Below, piece after piece: positions 9,350 to 20,482 of a stretch of DNA of 55,616 nucleotides. The notes below the pieces were generated by a model. That model did not search any database. It was not told the DNA's origin and worked only from the letters and a program-made list of their open reading frames with translations. Positions within the stretch are counted from its first letter, which is position 1. Each line of letters opens with the position of its first letter. The DNA is from Syntrophus aciditrophicus. Lineage in GTDB: Bacteria; Desulfobacterota; Syntrophia; Syntrophales; UBA5619. The stretch is from assembly GCA_020726025.1 (NCBI GenBank), contig DYTH01000002.1, positions 1-55,616 on the forward strand, in the 5' to 3' direction. The position numbers were made by a program, and so were the translations under genes.

Positions 9350-11506
9350 TCAATTACGCCCCCCCAACCCCAGCAGGGAAAGATAGACCATCACATTGCG
9401 ATCATTGTACAAATCTGAAATGCTGACCTCCAGAAGCCAGCATTGCCTTCGATACTTCATTCCTATCGTCGACTCCACGGTTCTATTGTCGAGCCTGTTC
9501 TTTCTCAACACGCAGGAGGCGCGCAGAGATGAGGAAAGCGCAGCGCCAACGGAAAGATTAACCTCTTCCAGGGTATCCCGGGTGTAGCGGTACCCCGCTG
9601 AAATGGAATCGCCGCGGTTGTCTGACACCGTCACATCGTAATCATTCTTGAGGATCCCCCCGGATTTGACGTCCCATGTATTGCGCGACGAAAGGGAAAC
9701 ATAGCGAACAGGGGACGTATCCAGCTCCACATCCACATTGCCAAACGGGCGATTGTCGGCCTGCGGGCCGCTTACGTCCCTTCGGGCCTCGTGAATATCG
9801 AAACCCTGACTCACCTTTAAACGCATGATTTCACGGTAGCTTGCCTGCCCGTCTTTCGCCTTCATGCGCGCCGTCAGGTAGCTCACGAGTCCATACCGCA
9901 GGCCGTGAAACTCAACCGGCTGATCCAGGAAGATCGGAATATTGTTCTTTTCGGAAACCGGCGCGTAGGTGTACTCTATTTCGGGCCGTATTGCATGCCT
10001 CAGTTTGTCCACGGATTCGCCGCCTGTATGATAGACCCTGCTCACTTCGGACGACATGGTTGCGCCCATCGAAAACAGACCGCGATGATCTCTTTTATCC
10101 TCCGTATCGGCCAGTCCATCGGTACGCTCCCAGAGATCGGCGCGATAACCCGCCCACGGGGTCATATTCAGATATCGCCCCAGTTTGAACGGCAAAAAAA
10201 GTTTGGGGCTGAACTCCCCGAGGTGACCCTTCTGGGATTCGCTGCTGTGGAAATAATCGTACCTTCCGGAAAACTCCATCTGGAGCGGGCTGTTGAACAG
10301 GGTTCGCCGGAAGCCTGTAAATACCGCCTCCGGATATTTCTGCATGGTCAAGCTGTTATCGGAAGCGGAAAGATCATCGGTGTAACGGGCAAAAACGGTA
10401 AGATTGTAATTAGACCAGTCCTTTGTCGCCTGCACAGTGGAGTCCAAATATCCAAGAGACTGATCGCCGACAAAAGAAATCCGTTTAAAGCCTTCCCCTC
10501 CGGGACTCGCGAAATTTTCGCTGTAGTAGTTATACGATGAAAAATCGCGAAAATACCAGTGATCGGAGACCCTTTTTATATCCGCCCTGACTTTTACGCC
10601 ATTGGAGAGGGTTCCTTCATGGTTGAAATAGTATGACCAGCGATCTTTTCCATCCTGCCAGTTGCGGCTCTGCACCCCGGCCGTCTCGACTGCCTGTTTG
10701 TTGTCGCGGATAAAATCCGCGTAAAAGAGACCCGAGGCATTGGGGTTCAGGAAATAACGCAGCTCCACCCCTTCCTTGAATCCCCTTTTTTCAATGTACC
10801 GCTGGTAGAAGGTCGCATCGGCGCTCTCGGAGAAGGCCCAGTAAAAAGGAACTTCGATATCCAGTCCGTTGTTGTCGCGGGAATACGAAAAATGGGGAAA
10901 AAGAAGGCCTGTCTGACGCGTCGTCTTCGCGGGGAAAATCAGCCAGGGTATGTATAGAACAGGGACGTTGCGCACAAGAAAACGGCCATCCCGGATGACG
11001 CCATACCCGTCAACGGCGACATCAACCTCCCGGCCGGAGATGCTCCAGTCAGGACAACTTCCATTACAGGTTGTAAAATATCCTTTTTCCAGCCGATAGT
11101 TGGCTTCCGATTTCTTTTCTATTCGCTCTCCGCGGATATGAACGTTATTTTCAGCAATGAAAAGCTCTCCTTCGCCAACGACGCCCGTTTTTGAATTGAT
11201 GTTGAAGGAAACCTTCTGGCCTTCCAGAATATCATCGTCGCTCTTGATCTTTACATTGCCCTGCGCATGGGCAATGTTCGCAGGACGCCGGTATAAAACC
11301 GAATCAGCCTTTAGCCAACCGCCTGTAAAGGTAATGATTACGTTTCCCGCGGCGCCAAACGAATCCTCATCTCCATTGTAGGCAATGGAATCGGCTTCGA
11401 TCTGAACAGGACCGTCAAGCTCTTTCTGAAAACCCCACAGGGGGGAGACCGTCAAGCTGACGATAACGGCTGCGATCAGTGAAAAAATGAATTCATTTCT
11501 TCGCAC
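9350..11506 (-). CDS. lptD: LPS-assembly outer-membrane protein LptD
   Basis: 718 aa with a signal peptide and an OstA-like N-terminal segment (VQIEADSIAYNGD...GNVKIKSDD), followed by a large beta-barrel-like region rich in aromatic-X-aromatic strands. Confidence 0.85.
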   Translation of the reverse strand: MRRNEFIFSLIAAVIVSLTVSPLWGFQKELDGPVQIEADSIAYNGDEDSFGAAGNVIITFTGGWLKADSVLYRRPANIAHAQGNVKIKSDDDILEGQKVSFNINSKTGVVGEGELFIAENNVHIRGERIEKKSEANYRLEKGYFTTCNGSCPDWSISGREVDVAVDGYGVIRDGRFLVRNVPVLYIPWLIFPAKTTRQTGLLFPHFSYSRDNNGLDIEVPFYWAFSESADATFYQRYIEKRGFKEGVELRYFLNPNASGLFYADFIRDNKQAVETAGVQSRNWQDGKDRWSYYFNHEGTLSNGVKVRADIKRVSDHWYFRDFSSYNYYSENFASPGGEGFKRISFVGDQSLGYLDSTVQATKDWSNYNLTVFARYTDDLSASDNSLTMQKYPEAVFTGFRRTLFNSPLQMEFSGRYDYFHSSESQKGHLGEFSPKLFLPFKLGRYLNMTPWAGYRADLWERTDGLADTEDKRDHRGLFSMGATMSSEVSRVYHTGGESVDKLRHAIRPEIEYTYAPVSEKNNIPIFLDQPVEFHGLRYGLVSYLTARMKAKDGQASYREIMRLKVSQGFDIHEARRDVSGPQADNRPFGNVDVELDTSPVRYVSLSSRNTWDVKSGGILKNDYDVTVSDNRGDSISAGYRYTRDTLEEVNLSVGAALSSSLRASCVLRKNRLDNRTVESTIGMKYRRQCWLLEVSISDLYNDRNVMVYLSLLGLGGRN

Positions 11507-12818
11507 TGTTATTCACTTTACGGGCATTCGTTTTCGATGGATGACCATGAGGCTTTGCTTTGCCGAGCACCCTCTTGATCTCACCCACAAGGTAAAGGGA
11601 GCCGGCCGCACAGATGGCGTCGTCCTCGCCGGCAAGAAAAAAAGCCCTGTTCAAGGCATTTTCAGGTTCTTCGAGTATCTCCACTTTGTCGATAAATTCA
11701 GAGGCAAGCGCGGCGAGAACCTGGGGGTCAAGCGACCTTTCCGAAGGCGGGCGGGTCAGGACAATCCTGTCGGCAAGAGGAAAAAGCCGTTTGGCCATTA
11801 TCCGGTAGTTTTTATCGCCCATGACCCCGAAGATCAGGACCAGCTTCCGGTATGTGAAGTCATTTTCGAGGGCCCGCACGAGGGTTGCAACGCCGGCAGG
11901 ATTGTGCGCCCCGTCAACGATGAAAAGCGGCGAACGGCCAAGCGCTTCGAGACGTCCTTCCCATTGTGCAGCCCGGAGTCCCTTTATCACGGCCTCGTCG
12001 GAAACAGAAAACCGAGCGCCCGCGGAAGAGATCACTTCCATCGCGGCAAGGGCAAGGGCGGCATTGGCAATTTGATGGATCCCTGTGAAGGGAGACCGCA
12101 GAGAGCTGAAATTTCTCTGGAGCCCCCTGTAGGAAAAGACGGCGTCTTTTTTCTTCCTCGTGGTGAAATCGTTTCCCAGTCTGAAGAGCCTGGCGTTCTT
12201 TTGTCGGCATATGTCCGCAAGCACCGAGAGGACCGGTTTCTGGGATGCAGCGGTCACACAGGCGCCGCCCTCTTTGATGACCCCGCCTTTTTCGAACGCT
12301 ATTTTGGCAAGGGTATTGCCGAGATACTCTTCGTGCTCGCGGGAAATATTCGTAATCACCGAGACAAGCGGATTGACAACATTCGTTGCGTCAAGCCGTC
12401 CTCCCAGACCGACCTCAAGAATGGCAATATCGATTTTGCGCCGTCGGAAATGCGAAAAAGCCATGGCGGTTATGAATTCAAAATAGCTGACTGTCTGCGT
12501 AACGTGGCTCTTTACGTCATGGAGACAGTCAACCACTTCCTTTGGGGATATCATCTCGCCGTCGATCCTGATGCGTTCGCGGAAATCTACGAGATCAGGA
12601 GAGGTGTAAAGACCTGTTTTAAAGCCGGCGGCGGTCAGAATCGAAGCAAGGATCGCCGCCACCGATCCTTTGCCGTTGGTACCCGCGACAATCACCGAAG
12701 GGAAGCTTTCCTGCGGATTGCCCATCCTGCCTAAAAGAGACAGAATTGGTTCAAGTCCGAGACGGATGCTGGACGGGTTCAGGGATTTTAGATAGGAAAG
12801 AGATTCTTTATAAGCCAT
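11493..12818 (-). CDS. folC: Bifunctional folylpolyglutamate synthase / dihydrofolate synthase
   Basis: 441 aa with a Mur-ligase P-loop (VAGTNGKGSV) and a FolC-like overall layout. It overlaps the lptD start by 14 nt. Confidence 0.9.
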   Translation of the reverse strand: MAYKESLSYLKSLNPSSIRLGLEPILSLLGRMGNPQESFPSVIVAGTNGKGSVAAILASILTAAGFKTGLYTSPDLVDFRERIRIDGEMISPKEVVDCLHDVKSHVTQTVSYFEFITAMAFSHFRRRKIDIAILEVGLGGRLDATNVVNPLVSVITNISREHEEYLGNTLAKIAFEKGGVIKEGGACVTAASQKPVLSVLADICRQKNARLFRLGNDFTTRKKKDAVFSYRGLQRNFSSLRSPFTGIHQIANAALALAAMEVISSAGARFSVSDEAVIKGLRAAQWEGRLEALGRSPLFIVDGAHNPAGVATLVRALENDFTYRKLVLIFGVMGDKNYRIMAKRLFPLADRIVLTRPPSERSLDPQVLAALASEFIDKVEILEEPENALNRAFFLAGEDDAICAAGSLYLVGEIKRVLGKAKPHGHPSKTNARKVNNSAKK

Positions 12819-12842
12819 GACGAGGACTTCAGAAAATTCTGG

Positions 12843-12877
12843 TGAAAAAATAACAGGGCGGGTTAAAACCCGCCCCC
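12843..12877 (-). terminator. Rho-independent terminator after rplQ
   Basis: Minus-sense GGGCGGG-TTTTAA-CCCGCCC followed by TGTTATTTTTT, about 12 nt after the rplQ stop. Confidence 0.75.
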
Positions 12878-12888
12878 GATACGTCTTG

Positions 12889-13290
12889 CTATTCTTTTGT
12901 GGCTGTCTTTTTCTTCACCGGTTTCTCATTCACCGCACCGGGGAGAAGCTCGACGATAGACAACGGCGCGTTGTCGCCGACCCGGTTGCCGGCGTGGATG
13001 ACTCTGGTATAGCCGCCCATACGTTCCCGGAAGCGCTCGGTGAGCTCTCCGAATAACTTTCCCACAATATCACGTTCGCGAACGAACGCGGCCGCCTGAC
13101 GCCGGGCATGCAGATCACCGCGTTTGCCGAGGGTTATCATCTTGTCGGCAACCTTCTTCAACTCCTGCGCCTTGGAGTCCGTTGTCTGAATCTTCTCGTA
13201 TTTTAACAGGGACGTCACCATGTTCCGCAACATCGCCTTACGATGGCTTGTGGTTCTGCCCAATTTACTTCCTATTTTTCCCTGGCCCAT
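12889..13290 (-). CDS. rplQ: 50S ribosomal protein L17
   Basis: 133 aa with [16 protein letters not shown]. It follows rpoA. Confidence 0.96.
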   Translation of the reverse strand: MGQGKIGSKLGRTTSHRKAMLRNMVTSLLKYEKIQTTDSKAQELKKVADKMITLGKRGDLHARRQAAAFVRERDIVGKLFGELTERFRERMGGYTRVIHAGNRVGDNAPLSIVELLPGAVNEKPVKKKTATKE

Positions 13291-13321
13291 TGAATATTAT
13301 CCTTTCCTGAACATCAACAGC

Positions 13322-14341
13322 TTATATCTCATCTTCGCTTTCGGGAGCAACGCTATCCTTTTTTACAGCAGAAGAGTCAAACTTCATCCCGAATCCGAGG
13401 CCGGCCTCCAGCAGCACTTCCTTAATCTCATTCAAAGATTTACGACCGAAATTCTTTGTTTTCAGCATTTCGGCTTCAGTCTTCTGGACAAGCTCACCAA
13501 TCATATTGATGCCGGCATTTTTAAGGCAGTTGGCAGATCGTACAGAAAGCTCAAGCTCCTCAACGCTCCGGAAATACAGTTCGTTGTTGTCGATCTCCCC
13601 GGACTGCTCAACCGGAAGGCTCTCTTCAAAATCCTCTTCATCGGGGAAATTGATGAACAGTTCGATCTGCTCCTTGAGTATCTTTGCCGCGTAGGCAACC
13701 GCATCCTCCGGCAGAACGCTTCCATCCGTCCACACTTCAAGCACAAGTTTGTCATAGTCGGCAACCTGCCCAACACGCGCATACGTAACGGTGTAGTTAA
13801 CCTTCTTGATGGGAGAGTAGATGGCATCAATATTGATTGTTCCCTCGGGCTGATCGATATCCTTATCCCGTCGGGCAGAAACATACCCCTTGCCGGTTCT
13901 AACCTCCATCTGCGCATTCAAAGTGGAGTCTCCGATAATCGTCGCGATATGGTGATCCGGATTAAGAATCTCCATCGTCGAATCGATAACGATATCCCCG
14001 GCCGTGATTTCTCCCTGGGTAGAAACATCCAGATACACGGTTCCCGGCCCTTCATCATGGAGTTTGATGTGCACTCCCTTGAGGTTCAGGATAATATCGG
14101 TGACATCCTCCTTGACCCCGGGAAGCGTCGAAAATTCATGAAACACGCCGTCAAACTTTACCGAAACAATAGCCGCCCCCTGAATGGATGAGAGCAACAC
14201 CCTGCGCAGGGAATTGCCCAGCGTGGTGCCAAATCCCCGCTCAAGCGGCTGACAGACGAACTCGGCATAAAACTTTGTGTGCGTGGCCTCGTCTATTTCA
14301 ATTCTTTTTGGCTTAATCAAGCTGCGCCAATTTTTATGCAT
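13322..14341 (-). CDS. rpoA: DNA-directed RNA polymerase subunit alpha
   Basis: 339 aa with [17 protein letters not shown] and C-terminal-domain motifs ([12 protein letters not shown]). Confidence 0.97.
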   Translation of the reverse strand: MHKNWRSLIKPKRIEIDEATHTKFYAEFVCQPLERGFGTTLGNSLRRVLLSSIQGAAIVSVKFDGVFHEFSTLPGVKEDVTDIILNLKGVHIKLHDEGPGTVYLDVSTQGEITAGDIVIDSTMEILNPDHHIATIIGDSTLNAQMEVRTGKGYVSARRDKDIDQPEGTINIDAIYSPIKKVNYTVTYARVGQVADYDKLVLEVWTDGSVLPEDAVAYAAKILKEQIELFINFPDEEDFEESLPVEQSGEIDNNELYFRSVEELELSVRSANCLKNAGINMIGELVQKTEAEMLKTKNFGRKSLNEIKEVLLEAGLGFGMKFDSSAVKKDSVAPESEDEI

Positions 14342-14382
14342 AATTCATCCTCTGGATTCCTGATGGTCTTCTGCTTTAAACA

Positions 14383-15009
14383 CTACTTGGAATAGAGCTC
14401 AACCACAAGCTGTTCGTTCACGGGCATCGTCAATTCCTCGCGGGTCGGGAGCATCTTGACGGAAGCGCGAAAGTTTTTCTTGTCAACATCGAGCCACTGG
14501 GGAACGCCGCGTCTGGCAACGGTCTCCATCGCCTCAAGAATGCGCTCAACCGTACGGCTCTTCTCCCGGATCTCAACAGCATCGCCTGCATTAAGGAGAT
14601 AGGACGGAATATTGACCGGTTTTCCACTGACGAGAAAATGGTTGTGCCTGATCAACTGCCGGGCTTCATTCCTGGAATTGGCAAAACCCATCCTGAAAAC
14701 CATGTTGTCGAGCCGTCTTTCAAGGAATAAAAGCAGGTTTGTACCGGCGACGCCCTTTTGTCTTTCCGCCTTCTCGAAATAGCCGCTGAACTGCCTCTCG
14801 AGCAAACCGAACATCCTTTTTAGTTTCTGCTTTTCACGCAACTGAACGCCATAATCGGAAGGCTTCTTGCGTAACTGCCCGTGTTCACCCGGCGCGAATC
14901 CCCTTCTTTCAAAAGAACATTTTTCGGTGTAGCACCGATCGCCCTTCAAAAAAAGCTTCAAGCCCTCCCTGCGGCATAACCTGCATGCTGAATCTCTATA
15001 CCTTGCCAA
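14383..15009 (-). CDS. rpsD: 30S ribosomal protein S4 (Cys4 form)
   Basis: [32 protein letters not shown] prefer the second TTG (15007-15009), 5 nt after AGGAGG. Confidence 0.95.
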   Translation of the reverse strand: MARYRDSACRLCRREGLKLFLKGDRCYTEKCSFERRGFAPGEHGQLRKKPSDYGVQLREKQKLKRMFGLLERQFSGYFEKAERQKGVAGTNLLLFLERRLDNMVFRMGFANSRNEARQLIRHNHFLVSGKPVNIPSYLLNAGDAVEIREKSRTVERILEAMETVARRGVPQWLDVDKKNFRASVKMLPTREELTMPVNEQLVVELYSK

Positions 15010-15084
15010 CAAAGCCTCCTTGTTAATCCCTTGCAGTCAATAATGGTTGAATAATGCTGCCAATGTTTAATACTGGCCCGCGGC

Positions 15085-15477
15085 TCAGACCCTTCTTCTT
15101 TTCGGGGGACGGCAGCCGTTATGCGGGACAGGCGTTACGTCCCGGATGGAAACAATTCTGATGCCGGTAGTCTGCAGCGATCGAAGAGCTGACTCCCTTC
15201 CCGAACCAGGCCCCTTAACAAAAACCTGAACGCTTCTCAACCCGTGCTCCTTCGCCTTTTTCACGGCCTCTTCGGCAGCAATCTGCGCGGCAAACGGGGT
15301 GCTTTTACGGGACCCTTTGAATCCCTGCATTCCCGAAGAAGCCCACGCGATGACATTGCCGCTCAAATCGGCCACCGTCACAATCGTATTGTTGAATGTC
15401 GATTGAATATGCACTATTCCCTCGGGAATATTTTTCTTTTCCTTCTTTTTTCCTGTTTTTCTAACCGGCTTTGCCAT
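15085..15477 (-). CDS. rpsK: 30S ribosomal protein S11
   Basis: 130 aa with [15 protein letters not shown]. Confidence 0.97.
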   Translation of the reverse strand: MAKPVRKTGKKKEKKNIPEGIVHIQSTFNNTIVTVADLSGNVIAWASSGMQGFKGSRKSTPFAAQIAAEEAVKKAKEHGLRSVQVFVKGPGSGRESALRSLQTTGIRIVSIRDVTPVPHNGCRPPKRRRV

Positions 15478-15495
15478 TTCTCCTCCGAACGGACG

Positions 15496-15864
15496 CTATT
15501 TCTTTTTTGCTGCGATAGACCTTCTCGGTCCTTTTCTGGTTCGGGCATTGGTACGACTTTTCTGCCCTCTGACGGGAAGCCCCTTCCTGTGTCTGAGACC
15601 TCTGTACGTTCCGATATCCATGAGCCTTTTGATCGACATGGAGACCTCTCGTCTTAAATCTCCCTCGACCTTAAGGTCTTTGTCGATCGCCGTACGGATT
15701 GCAGTCACCTCGGAATCCGCAAGTTCATCGGTTTTAGTGTCCGGACTGACTCCGGAGCTTTTGAGAATATCCAGGGATTTTGACCTGCCGATACCGTAGA
15801 TATACGTCAGTGCAATTTCCATCCTTTTGTTTTTGGGTAAATCCACGCCTGCGATTCTTGCCAC
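15496..15864 (-). CDS. rpsM: 30S ribosomal protein S13
   Basis: 122 aa with [14 protein letters not shown]. Confidence 0.97.
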   Translation of the reverse strand: MARIAGVDLPKNKRMEIALTYIYGIGRSKSLDILKSSGVSPDTKTDELADSEVTAIRTAIDKDLKVEGDLRREVSMSIKRLMDIGTYRGLRHRKGLPVRGQKSRTNARTRKGPRRSIAAKKK

Positions 15865-15891
15865 CTTGCAAACCTCCTGATTACGGTATGA

Positions 15892-16005
15892 CTATCCCTG
15901 ACGCTGCTTATGTTTGGGATTCTCACAGATAACGCGTAAAACCCCTTTGCGTTTCACAATTTTGCATTTATCGCAAATTTTCTTTACAGAAGATCGTACC
16001 TTCAC
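15892..16005 (-). CDS. rpmJ: 50S ribosomal protein L36 (Zn-binding form)
   Basis: Not in the ORF track because it is under 60 aa. I translated it by hand: GTG start 9 nt after AAGGAG, giving [37 protein letters not shown], with TAG at 15892-15894. Confidence 0.93.
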   Translation of the reverse strand: MKVRSSVKKICDKCKIVKRKGVLRVICENPKHKQRQG

Positions 16006-16060
16006 GTCTTTATGCTCCTTTGCTTTGTATCGACACGTTCATGCGCGTCGGCGATTCCTG

Positions 16061-16279
16061 TTACTTTGTCCTGTAAACGATCCTGCCCCGTGTAAGGTCA
16101 TAAGGGGATAGCTGGACGGTGACCTTGTCCCCGGGAAGAATCTTTATGAAATGCATCCTCATTTTACCTGAAATATGGGCCAGCACCTTATGCCCGTTTT
16201 CCAGCTCCACCCTGAACATTGCATTGGGCAGAGGTTCTACTACCTTTCCCTCTACCTCAATCGATTCTTCCTTCGCCAT
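16061..16279 (-). CDS. infA: Translation initiation factor IF-1
   Basis: 72 aa with [30 protein letters not shown]. Confidence 0.97.
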   Translation of the reverse strand: MAKEESIEVEGKVVEPLPNAMFRVELENGHKVLAHISGKMRMHFIKILPGDKVTVQLSPYDLTRGRIVYRTK

Positions 16280-16368
16280 GTATCTTTCTTTCCTGATGCG
16301 CCTTGTTCGCTGGGATGCCTCGCGGCATTTGTGTCAGATCGCCAGCCATGCACGACCCGGTCGCCGGG

Positions 16369-17676
16369 CTACCTTCTTCTGGCTATCCGCCCTTTTTTCA
16401 TAAAACCTTCGTACTGTCTCGTAAGCAGATGGGTTTCAATCTGACCGGCTGTGTCAAGCGCAACACCCACAACAATCAAAAGAGCCGTACCCCCGAAGTA
16501 GAAGGGGACATTAAAATAACTTATCAGGATACTGGGGATCACGCAAATTACTGAAACATAGAGCGCACCCCAGAATGTGAGCTTGGTCATTACCTCGTCT
16601 ATGTAATCGGAGGTTTTCTTCCCGGGTCTTATCCCGGGCACATAACCTCCGTATTTTTTCATATTGTCCGCCATATCGACAGGATTGAATGTAACTGCCG
16701 TGTAGAAATAGCTGAAAAATATGATAAAGGCAACGTACAGGCTCTCATACATGAACTTGCCCGGGACCACTGCCGCGGCAACGGCCTTCATCCAGGGATG
16801 CGGAATAAAATTGGCGATCGTCGCCGGAAACATGATGATTGATGAGGCGAAGATCGGCGGAATAACCCCGGCGGTATTCACCTTGAGCGGGAGATGCGTG
16901 GACTGACCGCCGTACATCTTCCGGCCGATGACCCGCTTGGCGTATTGAACCGGAATACGGCGCTGTCCGCTCTCCACGTAAACGATAATTCCGACGATCA
17001 GAACCATCATTGCAATCAGGATGAGAATGAAGAAAATCCCCATCTCTCCCGAGGCAAGAAGTCTGAATGTGTTGATGATGGCTTCCGGGCCGCGGCAGAC
17101 GATGCCTGCAAAGATGATCAGCGAAATGCCGTTTCCGATCCCTTTTTCCGTAATCTGCTCTCCGAGCCACATGATAAACGCGGTGCCGGCGGTGAGGGTG
17201 ATGACCGTCATCAAGCGAAAGCTCCAGCCGGTGTCGATAACGATCGAAGCTCCCGTCGGACCGGCCATGTTTTCCAGCCCGATGGCAATCCCGAAACCCT
17301 GGATCAGACTGAGCGCCACAGTGCCATACCTTGTGTACTGGGTAATCTTTCTACGCCCCGATTCCCCTTCCTTGGAGAGTTTCTCGAGGTATGGAACAGC
17401 CACCGTCAACAACTGAAGGATAATCGAGGCGCTGATATAGGGCATAATGCCCAGGGCAAATACGGAAAGATTGCTCAAAGCCCCACCGGCAAACATGTCA
17501 AAGAGCCCCAGCAGCGAACCTTTGGCCTGATCGAAGAAAGCGGCCAGCGCGGCAGTATCAATACCCGGAGTAGGCACATGCGCGCCTATCCGATAAACAG
17601 CCAACAACAGAAAAGTGAAGAGAATCCTTTTGGTAAGTTCAGGAACCTTCGATATATTTCCCAGTCCGTCTAACAA
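16369..17676 (-). CDS. secY: Preprotein translocase subunit SecY
   Basis: 435 aa, 10-TM-like, with the canonical position after rplO. Confidence 0.97.
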   Translation of the reverse strand: MLDGLGNISKVPELTKRILFTFLLLAVYRIGAHVPTPGIDTAALAAFFDQAKGSLLGLFDMFAGGALSNLSVFALGIMPYISASIILQLLTVAVPYLEKLSKEGESGRRKITQYTRYGTVALSLIQGFGIAIGLENMAGPTGASIVIDTGWSFRLMTVITLTAGTAFIMWLGEQITEKGIGNGISLIIFAGIVCRGPEAIINTFRLLASGEMGIFFILILIAMMVLIVGIIVYVESGQRRIPVQYAKRVIGRKMYGGQSTHLPLKVNTAGVIPPIFASSIIMFPATIANFIPHPWMKAVAAAVVPGKFMYESLYVAFIIFFSYFYTAVTFNPVDMADNMKKYGGYVPGIRPGKKTSDYIDEVMTKLTFWGALYVSVICVIPSILISYFNVPFYFGGTALLIVVGVALDTAGQIETHLLTRQYEGFMKKGRIARRR

Positions 17677-17677
17677 A

Positions 17678-18121
17678 TCACGCTACCTCAAGTATCGTTC
17701 CGCCGGCAGCTTCAATCTTCTGCCTTGCTCCACGGCTGATCATGTCAACTTTAACGGAAAGGGGATAATTGATATCACCGCTCCCCAGAACCTTGATCCC
17801 GTCAAAAACTCCCGAGACGAGCCCAACCCCCTTGAGCGCGTCACAGTCAACAAGCGAACCCTCTCTGAATATCTTCAAATCCTTGATGTTCAGAGTCGCA
17901 ATGACTTTGCGGTTGGGATTCTTGAAGCCGCGCTTGGGAATCCTCCTGTACAAGGGCATCTGTCCGCCTTCGAAACCCGGGCGGACGCTGTGTCCTGAGC
18001 GGGCGTTCTGACCCTTGGCGCCTTTTCCGGCGGTGCCGCCATGACCAGACCCATCGCCTCTTCCCACTCTTTTTCTATTTTTACGCGAACCCTTCGGCGC
18101 TGTTAATGTTGACAAATCCAT
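17678..18121 (-). CDS. rplO: 50S ribosomal protein L15
   Basis: 147 aa with [18 protein letters not shown]. Confidence 0.96.
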   Translation of the reverse strand: MDLSTLTAPKGSRKNRKRVGRGDGSGHGGTAGKGAKGQNARSGHSVRPGFEGGQMPLYRRIPKRGFKNPNRKVIATLNIKDLKIFREGSLVDCDALKGVGLVSGVFDGIKVLGSGDINYPLSVKVDMISRGARQKIEAAGGTILEVA

Positions 18122-18306
18122 TATTCGTTCCCCTCGACTTCAACGGACGCCACGAGATGTTCAATTTTCTTTATCATCCCTCTGATTTCCGGAGTATCCA
18201 GTAGCATGACGCTTCTATGCATTTTACCCAGGCCCAGTCCCTTCAGCACTTTACGCTGCTTTTCCGGCCTTCCTATATAACTGTGCACCTGAGTGACCTT
18301 GAGCAT
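18121..18306 (-). CDS. rpmD: 50S ribosomal protein L30
   Basis: [27 protein letters not shown] prefer the ATG at 18306 (61 aa) over the TTG at 18342. Confidence 0.9.
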   Translation of the reverse strand: MLKVTQVHSYIGRPEKQRKVLKGLGLGKMHRSVMLLDTPEIRGMIKKIEHLVASVEVEGNE

Positions 18307-18342
18307 TTTACCCACAGCTTGACCCTTTCCTGAAAATTTCAA

Positions 18343-18807
18343 CTATTTTGCCCTTGCCGCCATTATCTCCATCGGGGAGCGTAACTGCTCGAGACCCTGA
18401 ATGGTTGCCTTGACCAGGTTATGGGGATTATGGGAACCAAGGCATTTGGTCAGTATGTTATGGACGCCCGCCACCTCCAGAACAGCCCGGACGGCGCCGC
18501 CTGCAATGAGCCCCGTTCCTTCGGATGCAGGTCGGAGAAGCACTTTGCCTGCGCCGTAGTGGCCTGTCACGCTGTAGGGAATCGTCTTGTTTTCAACGGC
18601 AACCTTGACCATCGACTTTTTGGCCTGCTCCATTCCCTTTCGTATTGCCTCGGGAACCTCATGGGCCTTCCCCAGACCGGCGCCGACGGAACCCTTTCCG
18701 TCGCCAACAACGACTACCGCACTAAAGCGAAAGCGTCGTCCGCCTTTGACAACCTTGGCAGTTCTATTGATCGTTATAACCCTGTCGAGCAGTTCCAAAT
18801 CTTCCAT
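18343..18807 (-). CDS. rpsE: 30S ribosomal protein S5
   Basis: 154 aa with [25 protein letters not shown]. Confidence 0.96.
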   Translation of the reverse strand: MEDLELLDRVITINRTAKVVKGGRRFRFSAVVVVGDGKGSVGAGLGKAHEVPEAIRKGMEQAKKSMVKVAVENKTIPYSVTGHYGAGKVLLRPASEGTGLIAGGAVRAVLEVAGVHNILTKCLGSHNPHNLVKATIQGLEQLRSPMEIMAARAK

Positions 18808-18844
18808 ATAATATAGTCCCTGATCTTTAGTATGAAGTACTCAA

Positions 18845-19207
18845 TTAAAAAACAAGCCCGGCTTCCCTTGCCCCGTCGGCCAGTGCCTTCACCCTGCCAT
18901 GGTAGAGAAAACGTCCTCTGTCGAAAACCACTTCGGCAACTCCTGTTTCCTGAAGTCTTTTGGCAATGAGCATGCCTACTGATTTTGCCATTTCCGTTTT
19001 ATTGAGTTTGGTGTCGCCTGCCAATTCCCTGGCAAGGGATGAAGCCTCGGCCAGGGTTCTTCCGGCCACATCATCGATCGCCTGAACATAGATGTGCGAC
19101 GCAGACCTGAACACAGAAAGACGCGGCCGATTTCCCGACCCTTCAACCTTCTTTCTTACCCTCAGCTTCCGCTTTGTTCTAACCTTTTCTATTTTCTTGG
19201 TAGCCAA
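18845..19207 (-). CDS. rplR: 50S ribosomal protein L18
   Basis: 120 aa with [20 protein letters not shown]. Confidence 0.96.
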   Translation of the reverse strand: MATKKIEKVRTKRKLRVRKKVEGSGNRPRLSVFRSASHIYVQAIDDVAGRTLAEASSLARELAGDTKLNKTEMAKSVGMLIAKRLQETGVAEVVFDRGRFLYHGRVKALADGAREAGLVF

Positions 19208-19254
19208 TTTCTTACCTCTTTTTCAAAATGCGCGGACTCAACCATATTTTAACA

Positions 19255-19794
19255 CTATTTGGCTGCGGACTTGCCCACCTTGCGTTTTATCTCTTCACCA
19301 GCGTATTTTATCCCCTTGCCCTTATACGGTTCTGGCTTTCTAATCTTTCTGATTTCCGAAGCAACACGCCCAACCTGCTGTTTGTCTATCCCTGCAATCG
19401 TGATTCCAACCTGTTTTTCGACGGATATAGTAACTCCCTCGGGAATCGCATATTCTACCGGTGATGAATACCCAACAACAAGTTTCAAAATCCGGCCAAC
19501 AACCTCTGCACGGTACCCAACCCCTGAAACCTCAAGACCCCTTTGAAAGCCGGTGCTTACGCCCTGAACCATATTGGCGATCAGCGTCCTTGCCAGACCA
19601 TGGAGAGATCTGTCCTGTCTCAAGTCAGACCTTCTTTTAACTTCTACGGAATCTTCGCCAATGACCAGGTCAATTAAGGGTGGAACACTGTATGAAAGCT
19701 TTCCTTTGGGGCCTTCCACTTCAAGCAGTTCATTTTCACGCTTAAGCTTGACGCCTTGGGGAATCTGAACACTCTTTTTGCCGATTCTGGACAT
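19255..19794 (-). CDS. rplF: 50S ribosomal protein L6
   Basis: 179 aa with MSRIGKKSVQIPQGV. Confidence 0.96.
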   Translation of the reverse strand: MSRIGKKSVQIPQGVKLKRENELLEVEGPKGKLSYSVPPLIDLVIGEDSVEVKRRSDLRQDRSLHGLARTLIANMVQGVSTGFQRGLEVSGVGYRAEVVGRILKLVVGYSSPVEYAIPEGVTISVEKQVGITIAGIDKQQVGRVASEIRKIRKPEPYKGKGIKYAGEEIKRKVGKSAAK

Positions 19795-19851
19795 CTCTTA
19801 CCCTCTTTTTCCTTATTAAATCAAAGCAATCAGCCAAGGGCTAAAAATCGC

Positions 19852-20253
19852 TTACCACACATTGCAGATCAATTCGCCGCCAAGATTCATCTCCCGGGCC
19901 TCTTTATCGGTCATTACACCTTTGGAGGTAGTGACGATGGATACACCGTATCCATTCAAAACCGGCGCAAGTTTACCGCTTTTGAGATAAACTCTTCTGC
20001 CAGGCTTGCTGACTCTCTGGATATCAGTCAACACCGGTCGTTTGGCATCCTGATATTTCAGGTAAATACGGAGCATCTCATGTTTTTCCGCATCGGTTTT
20101 GATATCGTGCCCTGTGATAAACCCGCTCTTTTTCAAAACCCTGGCAATGTTCAGGTTTATCTTTGAGTTCATAACATCCACGCTTTTGAAGTGAACCTTG
20201 CTTGCGTTTCTGATTCTCGTGAGCATATCCGCAATAGGATCGGTCATACCCAT
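19852..20253 (-). CDS. rpsH: 30S ribosomal protein S8
   Basis: 133 aa with [21 protein letters not shown] lies 8 nt before the ATG at 20253. Confidence 0.96.
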   Translation of the reverse strand: MGMTDPIADMLTRIRNASKVHFKSVDVMNSKINLNIARVLKKSGFITGHDIKTDAEKHEMLRIYLKYQDAKRPVLTDIQRVSKPGRRVYLKSGKLAPVLNGYGVSIVTTSKGVMTDKEAREMNLGGELICNVW

Positions 20254-20269
20254 ATTTGTTGCTCCTTTT

Positions 20270-20455
20270 CTACCAGCTTGATTTAATCACACCAGGTATC
20301 TCGCCGTTAAGCGCCATTTTACGCAGGCAGATTCTACACATGTCGAATTTACGGTAATATGCCCTCGGCCTGCCGCATACAGGGCATCTGTTATAGTCTC
20401 GCACCGGAAATTTGTTTTCCCTTTTAGACTTTACCATCAATGATTTCTTTGCCAC
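20270..20455 (-). CDS. rpsZ: 30S ribosomal protein S14 type Z (Zn-ribbon)
   Basis: 61 aa from the GTG at 20455, preceded by GGAGG. Sequence: [44 protein letters not shown]...KSSW. Confidence 0.93.
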   Translation of the reverse strand: MAKKSLMVKSKRENKFPVRDYNRCPVCGRPRAYYRKFDMCRICLRKMALNGEIPGVIKSSW

Positions 20456-20482
20456 GTTCCCTCCGGAGAACAAAAACCAGTC

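Noticed and set aside
11487-12734. 415-aa + strand ORF antisense to folC
   Set aside because: It is fully nested opposite a conserved Mur-ligase-family gene, has no recognisable motifs, and has the same shadow-ORF composition.
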